Below, one piece after another: positions 36,029-45,711 of a DNA stretch of 64,000 nt (its first letter is position 1; each line of letters starts with the position of its first letter). The notes below the pieces were generated by a model, which saw only the letters and a program-made list of their open reading frames with translations, had not been told where the DNA came from and made no database searches. This DNA is from a virus. The stretch lies in IMG/VR virus record IMGVR_UViG_3300042558_005646, one strand, 5' to 3'. The position numbers and the translations under genes are program-made.

Positions 36029-36621
36029 TGAAAGAATTTATTGAATATTACGAAAAAATTAAATCAGATAAAGTACATATTATAAATATTGATTCAGTAA
36101 AATTTATTGTAAGAGAAATAACCTGGAAAGAAGGCTTGCTGATAGACGCAAAATCTTTTAGAAAAAAAGACAATATAGTTTATCAAAATTCAGAATTCGA
36201 AAAAAGAGAAATCTTAAGTCTCGCTATTCTACGTGCTTATGATTCTAGTACAAACATAGAATATATCCCAGAATTTGAAACATCTTTGATTCATACAATG
36301 AACCACACAGTAATTGAAAAATTATGGGTGGAATATCAAAACTATCTTTACTTAAATGCAGATGAAGCTAATTTTTATTACATAGCTGCAAAAAAATATT
36401 ACAATCCAAATGATACAGAAACTTATCCTCTTCCCCCTCTAATCGTAGAAATTGATTATATGACAAGAGGATTAGTTTCCATGAGTAAAGATGAATTTGC
36501 AAACTTAAGCATGAAAGAATTTGAAACTATTCAACTTGTTCTGGCTACCAAAAATGAAGTCAAGCCAGAATCAGCTGCTAATTTGGATATAGACTTAGAG
36601 AGAGAATCTCAACGTGTTTGA
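36028..36621 (+). CDS. Putative tail assembly chaperone, 197 aa
   Basis: KFIVREITWKE...EILSLAILR...IEKLWVEY chaperone-like pattern after a tube-like gene; 3' end overlaps the convergent 266-aa gene. Confidence 0.5.
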   Translation: MKEFIEYYEKIKSDKVHIINIDSVKFIVREITWKEGLLIDAKSFRKKDNIVYQNSEFEKREILSLAILRAYDSSTNIEYIPEFETSLIHTMNHTVIEKLWVEYQNYLYLNADEANFYYIAAKKYYNPNDTETYPLPPLIVEIDYMTRGLVSMSKDEFANLSMKEFETIQLVLATKNEVKPESAANLDIDLERESQRV

Positions 36622-37395
36622 TTCTTTAGCAAGAAAATGATTTGCTAATTCTGTTCTATCCCATTGATGAAATATGCAGTAAGGAACACCATCTTTATTG
36701 GTGACTTGCTTACCATCAAAGAAAACTTCTACATTATCACGCTTTATAGCTTCTCCAGTACATGCAAAAGTATCATTGTAAGGATGACATAACATATTCT
36801 TAGGATTATTCTTGAGATATTGGCTTAAGTATCCCAAAAATTGTTGATCCATAACCAAGAATTGTGATTTTCTATTTGTATTTGAAAACATCATCAAACA
36901 GTGATTGATCATATGTTCAATTTTGCCTCCAAATATTCCCCCATTAATCACCCATTCATCTTCATAAGAATCATTGTGAGACCTGAGCATTGTTCTCAAA
37001 GATTGTTCCCACCATAAATTACAGTCATTTTCTTTTATCTTCATGCCTTCCAATGAATAAAACATATTTATATCAGGATGAGATTCAAAAAATTGAAAAG
37101 GATCTGTTTGTATAACTACATCTCTCAAGTCAGAATGCATAACGTATTTATATTCATCAACATGTTCTGAAAGCCAATTATACAAAGCTAAATAACTTGT
37201 ATATAAATTCTCATTATTAGGAATGATGATATCGAAGTATCTTTCTAGCTTCTTAATGTTCTGAGGACTGACATTACTTACAAATACTGCCTTTTCAAAT
37301 GTTTTAAATTTTGAAAGTGAGTTCAAGAAAATATCACCTTCTAAAGAATCAATGCATTTATCTCCGACAGAAAAGTTGACCAGTAAATTTTTCAA
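36595..37395 (-). CDS. Putative GT-A fold glycosyltransferase, 266 aa
   Basis: VMHSDLRDVVIQTDPF (DxxD), INGGIFGG, MDQQFL and C-terminal HQWDR motifs. Confidence 0.6.
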   Translation of the reverse strand: MKNLLVNFSVGDKCIDSLEGDIFLNSLSKFKTFEKAVFVSNVSPQNIKKLERYFDIIIPNNENLYTSYLALYNWLSEHVDEYKYVMHSDLRDVVIQTDPFQFFESHPDINMFYSLEGMKIKENDCNLWWEQSLRTMLRSHNDSYEDEWVINGGIFGGKIEHMINHCLMMFSNTNRKSQFLVMDQQFLGYLSQYLKNNPKNMLCHPYNDTFACTGEAIKRDNVEVFFDGKQVTNKDGVPYCIFHQWDRTELANHFLAKESNTLRFSL

Positions 37396-38219
37396 TTTAA
37401 TTCATCCCTTAATTTATTATATGTATTTTTTATACCCAAATGTAATCCAAGCAAATCTATATCAAATAAATGCAAATTATAATCACCGTAATAATTTAAT
37501 CCAAAAGAGCTGCTATTGACAACAATATCAACTTTATGGTCGGACAATTCATTTATAATTTCCGCAATTGTACTAAGCTTGTATTTTTCTTGGTAAGAAC
37601 AGTTAATAATTTTTTGTGAAGTATTTGATTCAATAACAAATTTTATAACTTCACATAAATCATCCATATAGAAAAAATCCATCCATTTATCTTGATGAAT
37701 TACAATTGGTTTTTTATTTATGTAATTAACAATACTTGCTTTTATCATTCTAGAAGAAAGTTCATCTTCATTGAAAACATTAAATATTCTTATATTATGA
37801 AAATTTGGATACAATATTCCAGACTTGGCAATAAAGTTTTTACTCATCCCATAAGGATCAATTGGAAAAGCACTTTTCAATTCAACAGAAGGATCAATTC
37901 CGTATCTTCTGTCTAATTCTGCTCCTGATCCAAATGAAATATATTTATCAAATGAGCAAGCATTATCTAATATATTTTGATGCATTATGCAGTTTTCATA
38001 AAAAACATCTGAAGTATCTTCTTTGAGTCTACTTCCACCAGAAGTAGCTGTGTGAATTACAGCATCAAAAAATCTATGTTCAAAAAATTTTTTTACAGAT
38101 TTGGCATCTATTAAATTCAAGTTGGATCTATTTGCTAAGGTTAAATCATAGTCAGAAAATTGCTTGGCTATATTTCGGGCAATGTATCCATTACTACCAG
38201 TAATTAATAACTTTTTCAT
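37392..38219 (-). CDS. NAD-dependent epimerase/dehydratase/reductase (extended SDR), 275 aa
   Basis: LITGSNGYIA, YGMSK (YxxxK), RIFNVF; start moved to MKKLLIT just after the TPP gene stop. Confidence 0.85.
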   Translation of the reverse strand: MKKLLITGSNGYIARNIAKQFSDYDLTLANRSNLNLIDAKSVKKFFEHRFFDAVIHTATSGGSRLKEDTSDVFYENCIMHQNILDNACSFDKYISFGSGAELDRRYGIDPSVELKSAFPIDPYGMSKNFIAKSGILYPNFHNIRIFNVFNEDELSSRMIKASIVNYINKKPIVIHQDKWMDFFYMDDLCEVIKFVIESNTSQKIINCSYQEKYKLSTIAEIINELSDHKVDIVVNSSSFGLNYYGDYNLHLFDIDLLGLHLGIKNTYNKLRDELN

Positions 38220-38220
38220 A

Positions 38221-39951
38221 TTAGCTCCACTGAGCTTCAGATAGTCTGCCTGGAATAAATCTTCCATTTTCATCCATCTTTGCTACAACTCTAGGTTCAA
38301 AAATTTCATTTGGATCTGTGAAAACTTCGCAAAGACAAGGCCCATCATATTCAAAGAACTCAGTCAATCGACTTTCAATTTCACTATTATTTTTAATAGC
38401 AAAATAAGGTATTCCATATGCATCAGATATTTTTTGAAAATTTGGAAAAGAAACTCCACTTGATTTTTCTGAAGCTACATAATGACCTTTGAAAAATGAT
38501 TTTTGTGTTACTTTGATCGACAAATAACCTTCATTATTTAGCAGTAAAATTTTAATCGGCAAATTGTTGTGCATCATTGTTTGAAGTTCATGAATATTAA
38601 GATGTAAACTTCCATCACCTTCAATACATAATGTTTTTTGCCCAGTAGAAGCAACTCCGATAGCACAAGGAAGGCCATAACCCATAGGGGCACAACCAGT
38701 ATTTGTAATAAGTCTCTGGTTGTCTTTTAGCTTCACTACCTGCATAGTGACAACATTGGCAGATCCATCGCTTGTTACTATGTCGTAAGTAGGGGGAGTT
38801 ATTTCTGATAATTTTTCAATCAAAAAGTAATTACTTACATAATCAGTTTTTTCACGATGTTTGGCTAATACTTTTGGAGACCTCAGAGCTTCACATTCTG
38901 ATATCCAATCTGCTGAAGCTTTATTGATGAAAACTTTATTCAAATTATTTATGAATTTTTTTGCATCTTCGCAAACTTTCATATCAAGTCTAAGTGTAGG
39001 TTTTTCTAATTCGTTTGAGTCAATATCTACTGCAATTTTGTATGCGTTTTTGCCAAAATCATCAAAATTGTAACCTATTTGACGTACATAAAGTCTTGAA
39101 CCAATAGAAATTATAAAATCAGCTTCATTAATAAGCTTATTAGCGCATATCTGAGCATGAGTACCAAATCTCCCATAATAGTAGGGGTAAGATTCATTGA
39201 CAATATCGTTCCCATTAACTGCAGTAATGACAGGTATATTGGTCTTATCTAGAAGCTCAAATAAATTTTCAACAGCTCCTGAAATTCTTACACCATTCCC
39301 AACAATTAGTAATGGTTTCTTTGCTTTATTCCAAGAGTTCACTATAGAAATATAATCTACTGTAGATTGCGTCATCTCAATAATACTTGGCACAAAAGGT
39401 TTCAATTTTGATGGTTCAATTTGAGCAGACTGTACATCTAGGGGAATATCAACCCACACAGGTCCAGGTCTTTTATTAAGTGCAAAATAACACGCTTTTT
39501 CTAGATAATAGCGAATTTCTTCTGGATTGTTTACTTGAACAGCAAATTTTGTCATTGTCTTTGCAGTTTTTACAATATCAAATTCTTGATCACCTAATTG
39601 CCTAAGACTCAATTTAGTGTAATTTGTAGTCATTGGAGTGTTTACTTGTCCACTAATGACTATCACAGGAACTGAATCCAAATAACTGCATAGAGTTCCT
39701 GTGAGGGCATTTGTACCACCAGGACCAGAAGTTACTAAGCAAGCCCCTAGTTTATTCTTCTTTCTAGCGTAACCCTCTGCAGCAATTGATGCTCCTTGTT
39801 CATGATGAGTTGCTATGTAATTTACGTCTTCAGATTTTCCAAGTGAATCAACTAAATGTATACAACCACCTCCTGAAAGTGTAAAGATTGTATCTACATC
39901 ATAGTTATCGTGAAGAAATTTAATTACATAATCTGATAGTTTCATAAACAT
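38221..39951 (-). CDS. TPP-dependent enzyme, acetolactate synthase/YerE-like, about 576 aa
   Basis: HHEQGASIAAEGYAR, VTSGPGGTNA, RPGPVWVDIP, MGYGLPCAIG, EGDGS...LLNN TPP motif. Start may be MKLSDY at 39945. Confidence 0.92.
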   Translation of the reverse strand: MFMKLSDYVIKFLHDNYDVDTIFTLSGGGCIHLVDSLGKSEDVNYIATHHEQGASIAAEGYARKKNKLGACLVTSGPGGTNALTGTLCSYLDSVPVIVISGQVNTPMTTNYTKLSLRQLGDQEFDIVKTAKTMTKFAVQVNNPEEIRYYLEKACYFALNKRPGPVWVDIPLDVQSAQIEPSKLKPFVPSIIEMTQSTVDYISIVNSWNKAKKPLLIVGNGVRISGAVENLFELLDKTNIPVITAVNGNDIVNESYPYYYGRFGTHAQICANKLINEADFIISIGSRLYVRQIGYNFDDFGKNAYKIAVDIDSNELEKPTLRLDMKVCEDAKKFINNLNKVFINKASADWISECEALRSPKVLAKHREKTDYVSNYFLIEKLSEITPPTYDIVTSDGSANVVTMQVVKLKDNQRLITNTGCAPMGYGLPCAIGVASTGQKTLCIEGDGSLHLNIHELQTMMHNNLPIKILLLNNEGYLSIKVTQKSFFKGHYVASEKSSGVSFPNFQKISDAYGIPYFAIKNNSEIESRLTEFFEYDGPCLCEVFTDPNEIFEPRVVAKMDENGRFIPGRLSEAQWS

Positions 39952-40966
39952 TTTCCAGTGCTGTTTTTATTATAGAATAATCTTCAATTTTTTGAATTAC
40001 TGGTTGATTATCTTTGATTAGCACCATGTTAACACAGCCAGTATTTTTCTTATCTGACTTGACACATTCCATAAGGCTCTCATAATCAAACCATTCTTGA
40101 TTAACAGATACTGTATTTTCTAGAAGTTTTTTGACAATATTTAATGTTGCAGAATAATCTTTGTAATTATAGTTATAAGATAGTTCACTTAACCTCAAGG
40201 CTACAAGACATCCAATTGCCACTGCATATCCATGCGATAACTTGTACTTTGAGGTAATTTCTAAAGCATGACCAAATGTATGACCAAAGTTCAGGAATTT
40301 ACGCTCTTTTTTATCAAATTCATCAATCTCTAAAACTGAAATTTTATAATTAAGACTTTTATGAATGTGATACAAAACATTTTTATTTTCAGTAATCAAA
40401 TCAATGACATTTGATTCTTGAATTTTATTTCTCAAGATATCAAACTTCAACAATTCGCCTAAACCACTACAAAAGTTTTCTTTACTTAAACCATCAAGCC
40501 ATTCTTCACAAATAAGAATTTCACAAGGAGGATAAAATGTACCAAGAATATTTTTTCTTGACCCATAATTGATAGAAGTTTTACCGCCAACACAGCTATC
40601 GATTTGAGAAAGCAATGTTGTTGGAACTAAATAATATTCAATACCTCTACAATAAACAGAAGCACAAAAACCCACTGCATCTTGTAAAACTCCACCACCA
40701 ATAACTACAAGTTTAGTTTGCGTATTGACTTTTTTTGCAGCAAATTTATCAAATATTTTTTCTAAACCACGCCATGATTTTAAGTCTTCATTTGTGTCTA
40801 TAACTATGAGATCACCTAATCCAAATTCAGGAAAACAGTGAGCAACATTTTTGTCAACTACTGCAAGATGATAATCTTCACCAATGAGTTTATATATTTC
40901 GCTCAAGCTTACAAAATTTACAGAATAATCTTTGATTTTTGATTTGACATCTATTTGGCTGTACAT
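39920..40966 (-). CDS. 3-dehydroquinate synthase-like sugar-phosphate cyclase, 348 aa
   Basis: IGGGVLQD, PTTLLSQIDSCVGGKT, KN, GELLK, DE..ERKFLNFGHTFGHALE, HG.AVAIG, DKKN. Confidence 0.9.
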   Translation of the reverse strand: MYSQIDVKSKIKDYSVNFVSLSEIYKLIGEDYHLAVVDKNVAHCFPEFGLGDLIVIDTNEDLKSWRGLEKIFDKFAAKKVNTQTKLVVIGGGVLQDAVGFCASVYCRGIEYYLVPTTLLSQIDSCVGGKTSINYGSRKNILGTFYPPCEILICEEWLDGLSKENFCSGLGELLKFDILRNKIQESNVIDLITENKNVLYHIHKSLNYKISVLEIDEFDKKERKFLNFGHTFGHALEITSKYKLSHGYAVAIGCLVALRLSELSYNYNYKDYSATLNIVKKLLENTVSVNQEWFDYESLMECVKSDKKNTGCVNMVLIKDNQPVIQKIEDYSIIKTALENVYETIRLCN

Positions 40967-41589
40967 GAATAACCACCATCTATAACTATATTTTGACCAG
41001 ATATATATGAATTGTTTACACTCAAGTAATATACTAAATCTGCAACTTCATTTGTATATCCCAATCTACCAACTGGAATTTTGCTTCTTAAATCTTTCAA
41101 ATCTTCTTCTGTGTTATTTTGAAAAGTCATATCCGTGATAAAAAATCCAGGAGACACAGTGTTTGCCAAAATATTATAAGTGCCATATTCAGCAGTTATA
41201 GCTTTTGTAAGAGAGTGTAAGGCATTTTTGCTAGCACTATATGAGGATCTTCCAGGTTTTGCATAATCTACCCATACACTTCCAATATTTACAACCCTGC
41301 CATAATTTTGTTTCTTCATATGAGGTAAGCAAAGTTTAAATAATCTTAAAGGTGAGAAATAATTTACTGTCATCATTTCTTCATAATTCTCACCTTCAAA
41401 TATAGAATCTATTATGTTAATACCAGCGTTATTTATTAAAATATCAATTTTGTCTGGAATAAAAGAAAAGGGTTGAGATAAATCAAGTTCTTCACGAGTT
41501 GGAGCAATAACTTCATGACCATATTTTTTGAAAATTTCACAAATATCACTGCCTATGCCTCTTGACCCACCAGTGATAAGTATTCTCAT
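40951..41589 (-). CDS. Classical SDR oxidoreductase (FabG-like), 212 aa
   Basis: TGGSRGIG, NNAG, YSASK, VSPG, GQNIVIDGG. Confidence 0.9.
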   Translation of the reverse strand: MRILITGGSRGIGSDICEIFKKYGHEVIAPTREELDLSQPFSFIPDKIDILINNAGINIIDSIFEGENYEEMMTVNYFSPLRLFKLCLPHMKKQNYGRVVNIGSVWVDYAKPGRSSYSASKNALHSLTKAITAEYGTYNILANTVSPGFFITDMTFQNNTEEDLKDLRSKIPVGRLGYTNEVADLVYYLSVNNSYISGQNIVIDGGYSCTAK

Positions 41590-42386
41590 AATTCAGAAGC
41601 TGATTTATTTATACGAGCTTGAATCATTTTAACTCTTGATTCATCTTGATTGGCTTGAGATTGATAATATTCCATCTTGTTTGTAAGCCATTCGTATTCA
41701 AACATTTGAGCCTTGAATAGTGCTCTGGATAAATTCTTTAGTGTAATTGAAGGATCAAATATTGCATATCTTGTTTCAAACTTATCAAGAAGTTTTTCAG
41801 AGTGTAATTTCTTTAAAAAGTCTAATGAATCAATTGAAACAGCACCACCAATACAAGCTTTAGCACCAAGCTTTTTAGTTCTTTCAAAAACATCATGAGC
41901 CATATTGTAAACTTCTTCAGAATTTACGTGACTTCTATCTGCTCCCATTGAAGAAACTAAATCTACTCTTCCGACAGTAACTCCATACAAAGCAGATGCG
42001 TTTTGGTTTGAAAGAATTTTGTCAATAGCTAAAACTGCAGAAATAGTCTCAATATTCACATTAAGCTGCAACGAACTTACAACTTCGGAAGGTAAATTAT
42101 TATTAACAGCTTGAACAAATTTAGTTAAACCAAATTCAGACTCAACCATCGGGGCTACCAAACCCTTTACTCCAATGATCATAGAGTCTTTGATATCTCT
42201 TATAGCTTCTGGTCCACCTATCTTTAAGGTTACTTTTGTTTTTGCTTGATTACAAATTTCTTTAAGTCTAAGAACTTCATTAAATGCAGCTCCTTCGTCT
42301 TCAAAACTTGTCTTAACGCCAACCAATCCGTAGTTTTCTACTAGATCTGTCAGAATTCTAACACACTCAAATTCTCTATTATTCAT
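41586..42386 (-). CDS. HpcH/HpaI aldolase-citrate lyase family protein, 266 aa
   Basis: KIGGPEA..D...GVKGLVAPMVES, NIET, VTVGRVDL..SMG. Confidence 0.75.
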   Translation of the reverse strand: MNNREFECVRILTDLVENYGLVGVKTSFEDEGAAFNEVLRLKEICNQAKTKVTLKIGGPEAIRDIKDSMIIGVKGLVAPMVESEFGLTKFVQAVNNNLPSEVVSSLQLNVNIETISAVLAIDKILSNQNASALYGVTVGRVDLVSSMGADRSHVNSEEVYNMAHDVFERTKKLGAKACIGGAVSIDSLDFLKKLHSEKLLDKFETRYAIFDPSITLKNLSRALFKAQMFEYEWLTNKMEYYQSQANQDESRVKMIQARINKSASEL

Positions 42387-42401
42387 AAATATATTTTACC
42401 A
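42386..42401 (-). promoter_or_regulatory. Putative extended -10 promoter for leaderless transcript (TGG-TAAAAT-N6-ATG)
   Basis: Minus strand TGG TAAAAT (42398-42393) atattt ATG (42386); overlaps the rmlB Trp and stop codons. Confidence 0.5.
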
Positions 42402-43349
42402 AATGAAATGTGTTTTATAATATTCGACTATCTTTTTGATTTCATCGTCAAAAACACACTGAGGAGTCCAGCCTAAACCTCTAATCTTGTCGTCATTTAA
42501 AGCATATCTGACATCTTGTCCAGGTCTTTCAATTCCAAAATTAATAAAGTCTTGGTAATTATCCACTTCTTTTCCAAAGTATGCGTTCAAAACTTTTCTT
42601 ACTGTGTCTACATTTGATTGCTCAAACCCACCAGCGACATTGTAAATTTCGTTCTGCTTACCAGCCTCAATAATCTTCAACACAGCCAGAGCAGTGTCTT
42701 TTGCATGAAGCCAATTTCTTACTGGAGTACCTTGGTTATGTAATGGTATCTTTCTTTCAAGTCCTATAAATTTGCAAGATTTTGGAATCAACTTTTCAAC
42801 ATATTGTCCTTCGCCATAATTATTTGTAGGTCTTATGATATTGAAAGGTATGTCGTATGTTCTAGACCAAGCAATAATAAGTTGATCTGCAGCAGCTTTT
42901 GTGGCAGAGTAAGGATTACTAGGCTTCAAGATGTCTGTTTCAAAATGCTCACCATCTGCAATATCACCATAAACTTCATCTGTGCTGAAGTGAATTAGGG
43001 TTGGTACTACATATCCTTCTTTTTTGTATGTCTTAAGTAATTCAAGAATGTTGTGAACACCATAAATATTTGAATCAACAAAAACTTTACTGTCTCTTAT
43101 AGAATTATCTACATGAGTTTCTGCAGCTATATTGATAAAATAGTCACAATCCACCAATCTATCAATGTTGCAAATATTTTTATTTTCAAATTTGAATTTT
43201 GGATTAAGCATCCATTTTTCTAAAACACTAACGTCAGAGGCATAAGTACAATTGTCTATGCCATAAACATAGTATCCCTTATCAAGCAAAAGTTGAGTTA
43301 CTTGTCTGCCAATAAAACCTAAACAACCTGTAATATAAGCTAATTTCAT
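42396..43349 (-). CDS. rmlB: dTDP-glucose 4,6-dehydratase, 317 aa
   Basis: AAETHVDNSI, HFSTDEVYGD, PSNPYSATKAAAD, NNYGEGQYVEKLIP, RNWLH, RPGQDVRYAL. Confidence 0.9.
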   Translation of the reverse strand: MKLAYITGCLGFIGRQVTQLLLDKGYYVYGIDNCTYASDVSVLEKWMLNPKFKFENKNICNIDRLVDCDYFINIAAETHVDNSIRDSKVFVDSNIYGVHNILELLKTYKKEGYVVPTLIHFSTDEVYGDIADGEHFETDILKPSNPYSATKAAADQLIIAWSRTYDIPFNIIRPTNNYGEGQYVEKLIPKSCKFIGLERKIPLHNQGTPVRNWLHAKDTALAVLKIIEAGKQNEIYNVAGGFEQSNVDTVRKVLNAYFGKEVDNYQDFINFGIERPGQDVRYALNDDKIRGLGWTPQCVFDDEIKKIVEYYKTHFIW

Positions 43350-44326
43350 TTATTCAATTTACGCTCTATGGTGTTTTTGATAAGATTTAGTACATTCCAG
43401 TCTTCAAAATTTTGTGTGCGAATATATTCACAAGTTCCGTCTGCAAAGTACCAATCAATTGTATCAACGCAAAATAAAATTAAAGTTTTGTTTTCATCAT
43501 AAACAACAGCATCTGTAAAAGATAAGCACCCAGGACCAGACTGACTAGTAACTATAACATCGCAGAATTTATGTAAATATTCAATTTCATCCAAGTTTGG
43601 AATTGGAAAATAATCATCAATATAATAGACATTGTTTGTTTTTATTTCATTAATTTTTGAAGTTAAGAGGAAGCAAATATTTGGATTATCTTTTATGTAG
43701 TCAGACAAAATATCTTCGTAAATATAATTTCTTCTTTGTCCAGAGGTTGTATTACCATTGCAGATCATGACTCTCATATCGTAATGACTTGTATCATTTA
43801 TTAATTTATCTGCAAAAAATTTGTATCTTGGATTGGAATTCCATTTACATACAAATTCTTTATGATCTGGAACCTCTAACTGCTTTGTAGAGAAATTCTC
43901 AATCAAAAAACTATTTATATTGTTGATTTTTTCTTGATAAAGTTTTGATTGCCAAATAGTTGAATCTTGAATTTCTTTACACCCAGAATGATAATTTCCA
44001 TTTTCGTCAGGAAGCTTGTACCCACCAGTTTCAATCTCTCTCATCTTTTCATAACTTGCTGCCCAAACATCTATCCAAAGAGCATCATCAAAGAATTCAG
44101 ACTTAAGATTATTTTTTAATTTCAATGCAGTACAACCATACATAAAATGAGGTAATGCAATTACAGTAACTTTTTCATGAATAAAACAAGTATCTTTGTC
44201 CTTAGTATGTAAATAAAAATAATTAAAATTATCACCTAGTTTATTAACTACCCATCTAACACCTTGTCTTGAGTGTAAAATGTCACCATACCCATGAGAA
44301 TTACAAAAAATAATAGTTTTTTTCAT
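43346..44326 (-). CDS. Putative GT-B (GT9-like) glycosyltransferase, 326 aa
   Basis: N-terminal HGYGDILH and C-terminal CDVIVTSQSGPGCL resemble the GT9 GxGD and DSGPxH motifs; start moved to MKKTIIF. Confidence 0.5.
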   Translation of the reverse strand: MKKTIIFCNSHGYGDILHSRQGVRWVVNKLGDNFNYFYLHTKDKDTCFIHEKVTVIALPHFMYGCTALKLKNNLKSEFFDDALWIDVWAASYEKMREIETGGYKLPDENGNYHSGCKEIQDSTIWQSKLYQEKINNINSFLIENFSTKQLEVPDHKEFVCKWNSNPRYKFFADKLINDTSHYDMRVMICNGNTTSGQRRNYIYEDILSDYIKDNPNICFLLTSKINEIKTNNVYYIDDYFPIPNLDEIEYLHKFCDVIVTSQSGPGCLSFTDAVVYDENKTLILFCVDTIDWYFADGTCEYIRTQNFEDWNVLNLIKNTIERKLNK

Positions 44327-44366
44327 AAAAAAATTATACATTTATTGTTGGTATAATGTTCTCATG
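44324..44366. promoter_or_regulatory. Back-to-back divergent leaderless promoters of the two main glycan operons
   Basis: Minus: TATAAT (44338-44333) N6 ATG (44326). Plus: TGG-TATAAT (44352-44357) N6 ATG (44364). Confidence 0.65.
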
Positions 44367-44765
44367 AATAGAAAGTATTTACCAACTTTATCTGAACTTA
44401 TTGATAGATTGTCTATTGTCCAACTTAAAGAAGTTTTTATTGTTGATCATAAATCAGAATATTCAGAAGAAATAAGTGCAATTATTCACGACATTCAAGC
44501 ACATATAGACGAAAATAATGTTGTCTTAGATGCAGAAGTAATTCGAGCAATTGTTGTTTTGTCTCAAATGAATTTACATATCTGGCACAATGAAACAAAT
44601 TATCGTAAAGGTGTCAAAGACGGCAACAATCTTGAATTAACACACGGATTAAATGGCATTAGAAATACTGCAAAAAACAAAATTCAAGAAGCTTGTGGTG
44701 GTAGAAAAGATTATAAAATTGACTGTCTTGCCGCTGATTTTAAGGATTGGGAGATCAGCTGGTAA
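44364..44765 (+). CDS. Helical hypothetical protein, DUF6165-like, 133 aa
   Basis: TLSELIDRLSIVQLK...NLHIWHNE..YR...NGIR...KNKI resembles DUF6165 proteins found beside glycosyltransferases. Confidence 0.5.
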   Translation: MNRKYLPTLSELIDRLSIVQLKEVFIVDHKSEYSEEISAIIHDIQAHIDENNVVLDAEVIRAIVVLSQMNLHIWHNETNYRKGVKDGNNLELTHGLNGIRNTAKNKIQEACGGRKDYKIDCLAADFKDWEISW

Positions 44766-45703
44766 TGGAAAAAGTCTTAATTACTGGTGGAGCTGGATAT
44801 TTAGGTTCAGTTTTGACTGAAGTTTTGCTCTCAAAAGGCTATGCAGTAACTGTTTTAGATAGTCTTGTTTACAAACAACTTTCTTTGACACAATTCTGTC
44901 ATAAAAAGAACTTCAAGCTTGTTGTTGGTGATGTACGTGACACCAAACTTCTTATAAGCCTGGTAGAAACTCATGACATTATCATCCCATTAGCTGCAAT
45001 TGTAGGTATGCCAGCTTGCAAAAAAGATCCAGATTTGACAGTAGCTGTAAATTATCAACAAATTAAAGACATTGTTGAAATAATTCAACCAAGTCAAAAA
45101 TTGTTAGTCCCTAATACAAACTCTCAATATGGAAGTTCTGAAACAATCATCACAGAAGAAAGTCCATTCAATCCTCTTTCTCTTTACGCAAAAACAAAAT
45201 GTGATGCAGAAAATCGTGTTTTAGAATGGGGTAATGGTATTTCTTTAAGATTAGCAACAGTATTTGGAGTCTCATATAGACAAAGAATGGATTTGCTTGT
45301 AAATGATTTTGTTTACCGAGCATTCACTGATGAGTTTCTAGTTTTATTTGAATCTCATTTCTTGCGAAACTATGTGCACGTAAGAGATGTTGCTAAAGCT
45401 TTTGTTCATCTGATTGAAAATTATAATCGATGTAACAATAATGCATACAATGTTGGGCTTACGTCTGCCAATATGTCCAAACTTCAGCTTGCTCAAAAGA
45501 TCAAGGAGTATGTTCCAAATTTAGTAATTATTGAGGAACAATTTAAGCAAGATTTTGACAAAAGAAACTATGTTGTTTCTAATGAAAAGCTTGAAAAAAC
45601 AGGATGGTTTTGTGATTATTCTTTAGACACTGGAATTGAAGAACTTCTCAAAGCTTATGCAATGATTTATAATTTTAAAAATAAAGATTTTACCAATCTT
45701 TAG
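44765..45703 (+). CDS. NAD-dependent epimerase/dehydratase, 312 aa
   Basis: TGGAGYLG, LAAIVG.PAC, YAKTK, LRLATVFG; start moved to MEKVL (TAATG coupling). Confidence 0.88.
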   Translation: MEKVLITGGAGYLGSVLTEVLLSKGYAVTVLDSLVYKQLSLTQFCHKKNFKLVVGDVRDTKLLISLVETHDIIIPLAAIVGMPACKKDPDLTVAVNYQQIKDIVEIIQPSQKLLVPNTNSQYGSSETIITEESPFNPLSLYAKTKCDAENRVLEWGNGISLRLATVFGVSYRQRMDLLVNDFVYRAFTDEFLVLFESHFLRNYVHVRDVAKAFVHLIENYNRCNNNAYNVGLTSANMSKLQLAQKIKEYVPNLVIIEEQFKQDFDKRNYVVSNEKLEKTGWFCDYSLDTGIEELLKAYAMIYNFKNKDFTNL

Positions 45704-45711
45704 GAGCAACT

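Noticed and set aside
38221-40966. ilvB and aroB as amino-acid-biosynthesis auxiliary metabolic genes
   Set aside because: No IlvH/IlvC/IlvD or other shikimate genes are present, and both genes overlap sugar-modifying genes, so a glycan role is more parsimonious. Not formally excluded.
39920-40966. Mycosporine/gadusol/valienol (sunscreen or aminocyclitol) pathway
   Set aside because: The active-site segment (DE..ERKFLNFGHTFGHA) is DHQS-type rather than EEVS/DDGS-type, and no O-methyltransferase or ATP-grasp gene is present.
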